This document shows positions 23,365-24,813 of a stretch of DNA of 24,813 bases, piece after piece. The notes beneath the pieces are model-generated. The model ran no database searches, was not told the origin of the DNA, and worked only from the letters and a program-made list of their open reading frames with translations. This DNA comes from a virus (lineage: Duplodnaviria; Caudoviricetes). The DNA is taken from positions 1 to 24,813 of IMG/VR virus record IMGVR_UViG_3300017766_000902; one strand, given 5' to 3'. The translations under genes and the position numbers were made by a program. Each line of letters opens with the position of its first letter. Position 1 is the stretch's first letter.

Positions 23365-24575
23365 GCACACCAGAAGCGCTCTACCGCAATGCAATAGACC
23401 TCAACCGCTACAGCAATAGCGTTGCGCGGCGTGTCATCAATGCTTACAACGACATCATCATTGATGCGGTCAATCAACTGCGCACCATTGATGAGCTGTC
23501 GGCGCCAGTCAAAGCAGCACGGTTGCGGGCGATCCTTGCTCAGTTAAAAGACAGCCTGGCAACATGGGCAGGTGATGCAACTGAGCTGACAGCATTAGAG
23601 CTGCAAGGCATTGCAGAGCTGCAGTCGGAGTTTGTGACCGATCAACTGCGGCGTGCATTGCCAGCAGGTGCACGTGATGCGGTGCGCACCGTTGAGATCA
23701 GCCCGCAGTTCGCGCAGTCAGTGGTGACCACTGATCCAACGCAGATCAATGTGGTGGCGTTGTCGGACGACTTGTTCAAGTCTGTCTATGGCGCGGAAGC
23801 CCTAGCGCAGCAGGCTGGCACCGGCACGTTCAGCCTCACCGCTGCCAAAGGCGCCACAATCACACTGCCCAATGGCGAAGTGGTCACCAAAGCATTTCGC
23901 GGCATTGCCGTTGATCAGGCTGAGCGGTTTAGCCAAGTCGTGCGGCAAGGCTTGCTGACTGGTGAGCCGACGCCAGCCATTGCCAAGCGGCTGATCGGAA
24001 ACCTTGAATTTGGCGAAGAGGCAAAGACCGTGAAGCAGCTAGTTGCAGCAGGCGGCCAAGCAACAGCAGTTGCCGACAATCAGATCGTTAGCATTGTGCG
24101 AACCAGCATCAACCAAGTAGCCAATGCAGCTAGTCAACAGGTGTATGAAGCCAATCAAGACATCACTAAGAAGTATCGCTATGTGGCAACACTGGATACC
24201 CGCACCAGCAGCATTTGCCGTGCATTGGATGGCCGCGAGTTTGAATATGGCAAGGGCCCGACTCCGCCGCAGCATTTCAACTGCAGATCAACCACGGTGC
24301 CGGTGATTGACTACGACGAGCTAGGATTCACACCACCACCACCAGCAAAGCGTGCATCAGCAGGCGGCCAAGTGCCGGCGGATCGGACTTACGGGCAATG
24401 GCTGGCAAAGCAAGATCTTGAGACCAAGGCCAAGGCGTTGGGCGCCAACAAAGTGCCCTACTTCAATCGTCTTGCCGACAAGTATGGCCCGACTGATGCC
24501 ATCGCCAAGCTAGTTCGTGATGACGGCTCAGAGCTAACCTTAGATCAGCTCCGTGCACGATATGGACCTGCCTAG
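23361..24575 (+). CDS. minor head morphogenesis protein (SPP1 gp7/Mu F family)
   Basis: IVRTSINQVANAA, YRYVATLDTRTSSICRALDG, PPQHFNCRST. Confidence 0.9.
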   Translation: MSTPEALYRNAIDLNRYSNSVARRVINAYNDIIIDAVNQLRTIDELSAPVKAARLRAILAQLKDSLATWAGDATELTALELQGIAELQSEFVTDQLRRALPAGARDAVRTVEISPQFAQSVVTTDPTQINVVALSDDLFKSVYGAEALAQQAGTGTFSLTAAKGATITLPNGEVVTKAFRGIAVDQAERFSQVVRQGLLTGEPTPAIAKRLIGNLEFGEEAKTVKQLVAAGGQATAVADNQIVSIVRTSINQVANAASQQVYEANQDITKKYRYVATLDTRTSSICRALDGREFEYGKGPTPPQHFNCRSTTVPVIDYDELGFTPPPPAKRASAGGQVPADRTYGQWLAKQDLETKAKALGANKVPYFNRLADKYGPTDAIAKLVRDDGSELTLDQLRARYGPA

Positions 24576-24813
24576 CCTGCGTCATTTTCAGAATGCTGGC
24601 ATCTACTTCATCTCAAGTGATCCCGTAGAAGCCCTGCATGGCGAGGCATGGGTACCAGCTATCTACACCGACAAGGGTTGGGCAACAGCAGACGGCTCTA
24701 CACTGTTAACAGGTATTGAGGAATGGCGGGATGCCACTGAAGCGGGGCAAGTCGCAGGCTGCAGTATCAGCCAACATCAAAACCGAGATGAAAAAAGGCA
24801 AGCCGCAAAAGCA
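24562..24813 (+). CDS. hypothetical protein (runs off window)
   Basis: MDLPSLRHFQNAGIYFISSDPVEALHGEAWVPAIYTDKGWATADGSTLLTGIEEWR..., open to window end. Confidence 0.55.
   Translation, partial: MDLPSLRHFQNAGIYFISSDPVEALHGEAWVPAIYTDKGWATADGSTLLTGIEEWRDATEAGQVAGCSISQHQNRDEKRQAAKA
24731..24813 (+). CDS. small basic phage protein (partial)
   Basis: MPLKRGKSQAAVSANIKTEMKKGKPQK..., motif typical of small head-region genes. Confidence 0.6.
   Translation, partial: MPLKRGKSQAAVSANIKTEMKKGKPQK

Overview
This window is a segment of a GC-rich tailed phage, most likely a cyanobacterial siphovirus (RpoD-like sigma factor, cyanobacterial-type AbrB, DUF4055-type portal). From left to right it holds the end of the tail region, a lysis module, a long leftward early/recombination arm, a rightward replication arm and the packaging/head genes. 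The leftward arm has sigma factor, dcd, ssb, Bet/RecT, RecE-like exonuclease, RlpA-like, VRR-NUC, two helicases and a DNA methyltransferase. The rightward arm has a primase-helicase, a candidate origin and DnaN, followed by TerS, TerL, portal and a minor head protein. The standout is a cassette between TerL/AbrB and the portal (about 19924-21671). It has a ribbon-helix-helix regulator, an HNH nuclease, a stand-alone RAMP/Cas7-like protein and a five-unit non-coding array. Each unit is a 5-nt-periodic (GGY-NN)n tract closed by conserved hairpins. Reading only the NN dinucleotides of unit 5, with every third target base skipped, gives codon positions 1-2 of a segment of the adjacent portal gene. 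The phage's own copy differs at 6 of 26 positions, three of them synonymous Leu codon swaps. This suggests a non-contiguous RNA-guided system aimed at related phages with self-avoidance, possibly coupled to HNH-driven homing. A probable programmed -1 frameshift in the lysis module is also visible. All family assignments come from motif recognition by eye, with no database searches.
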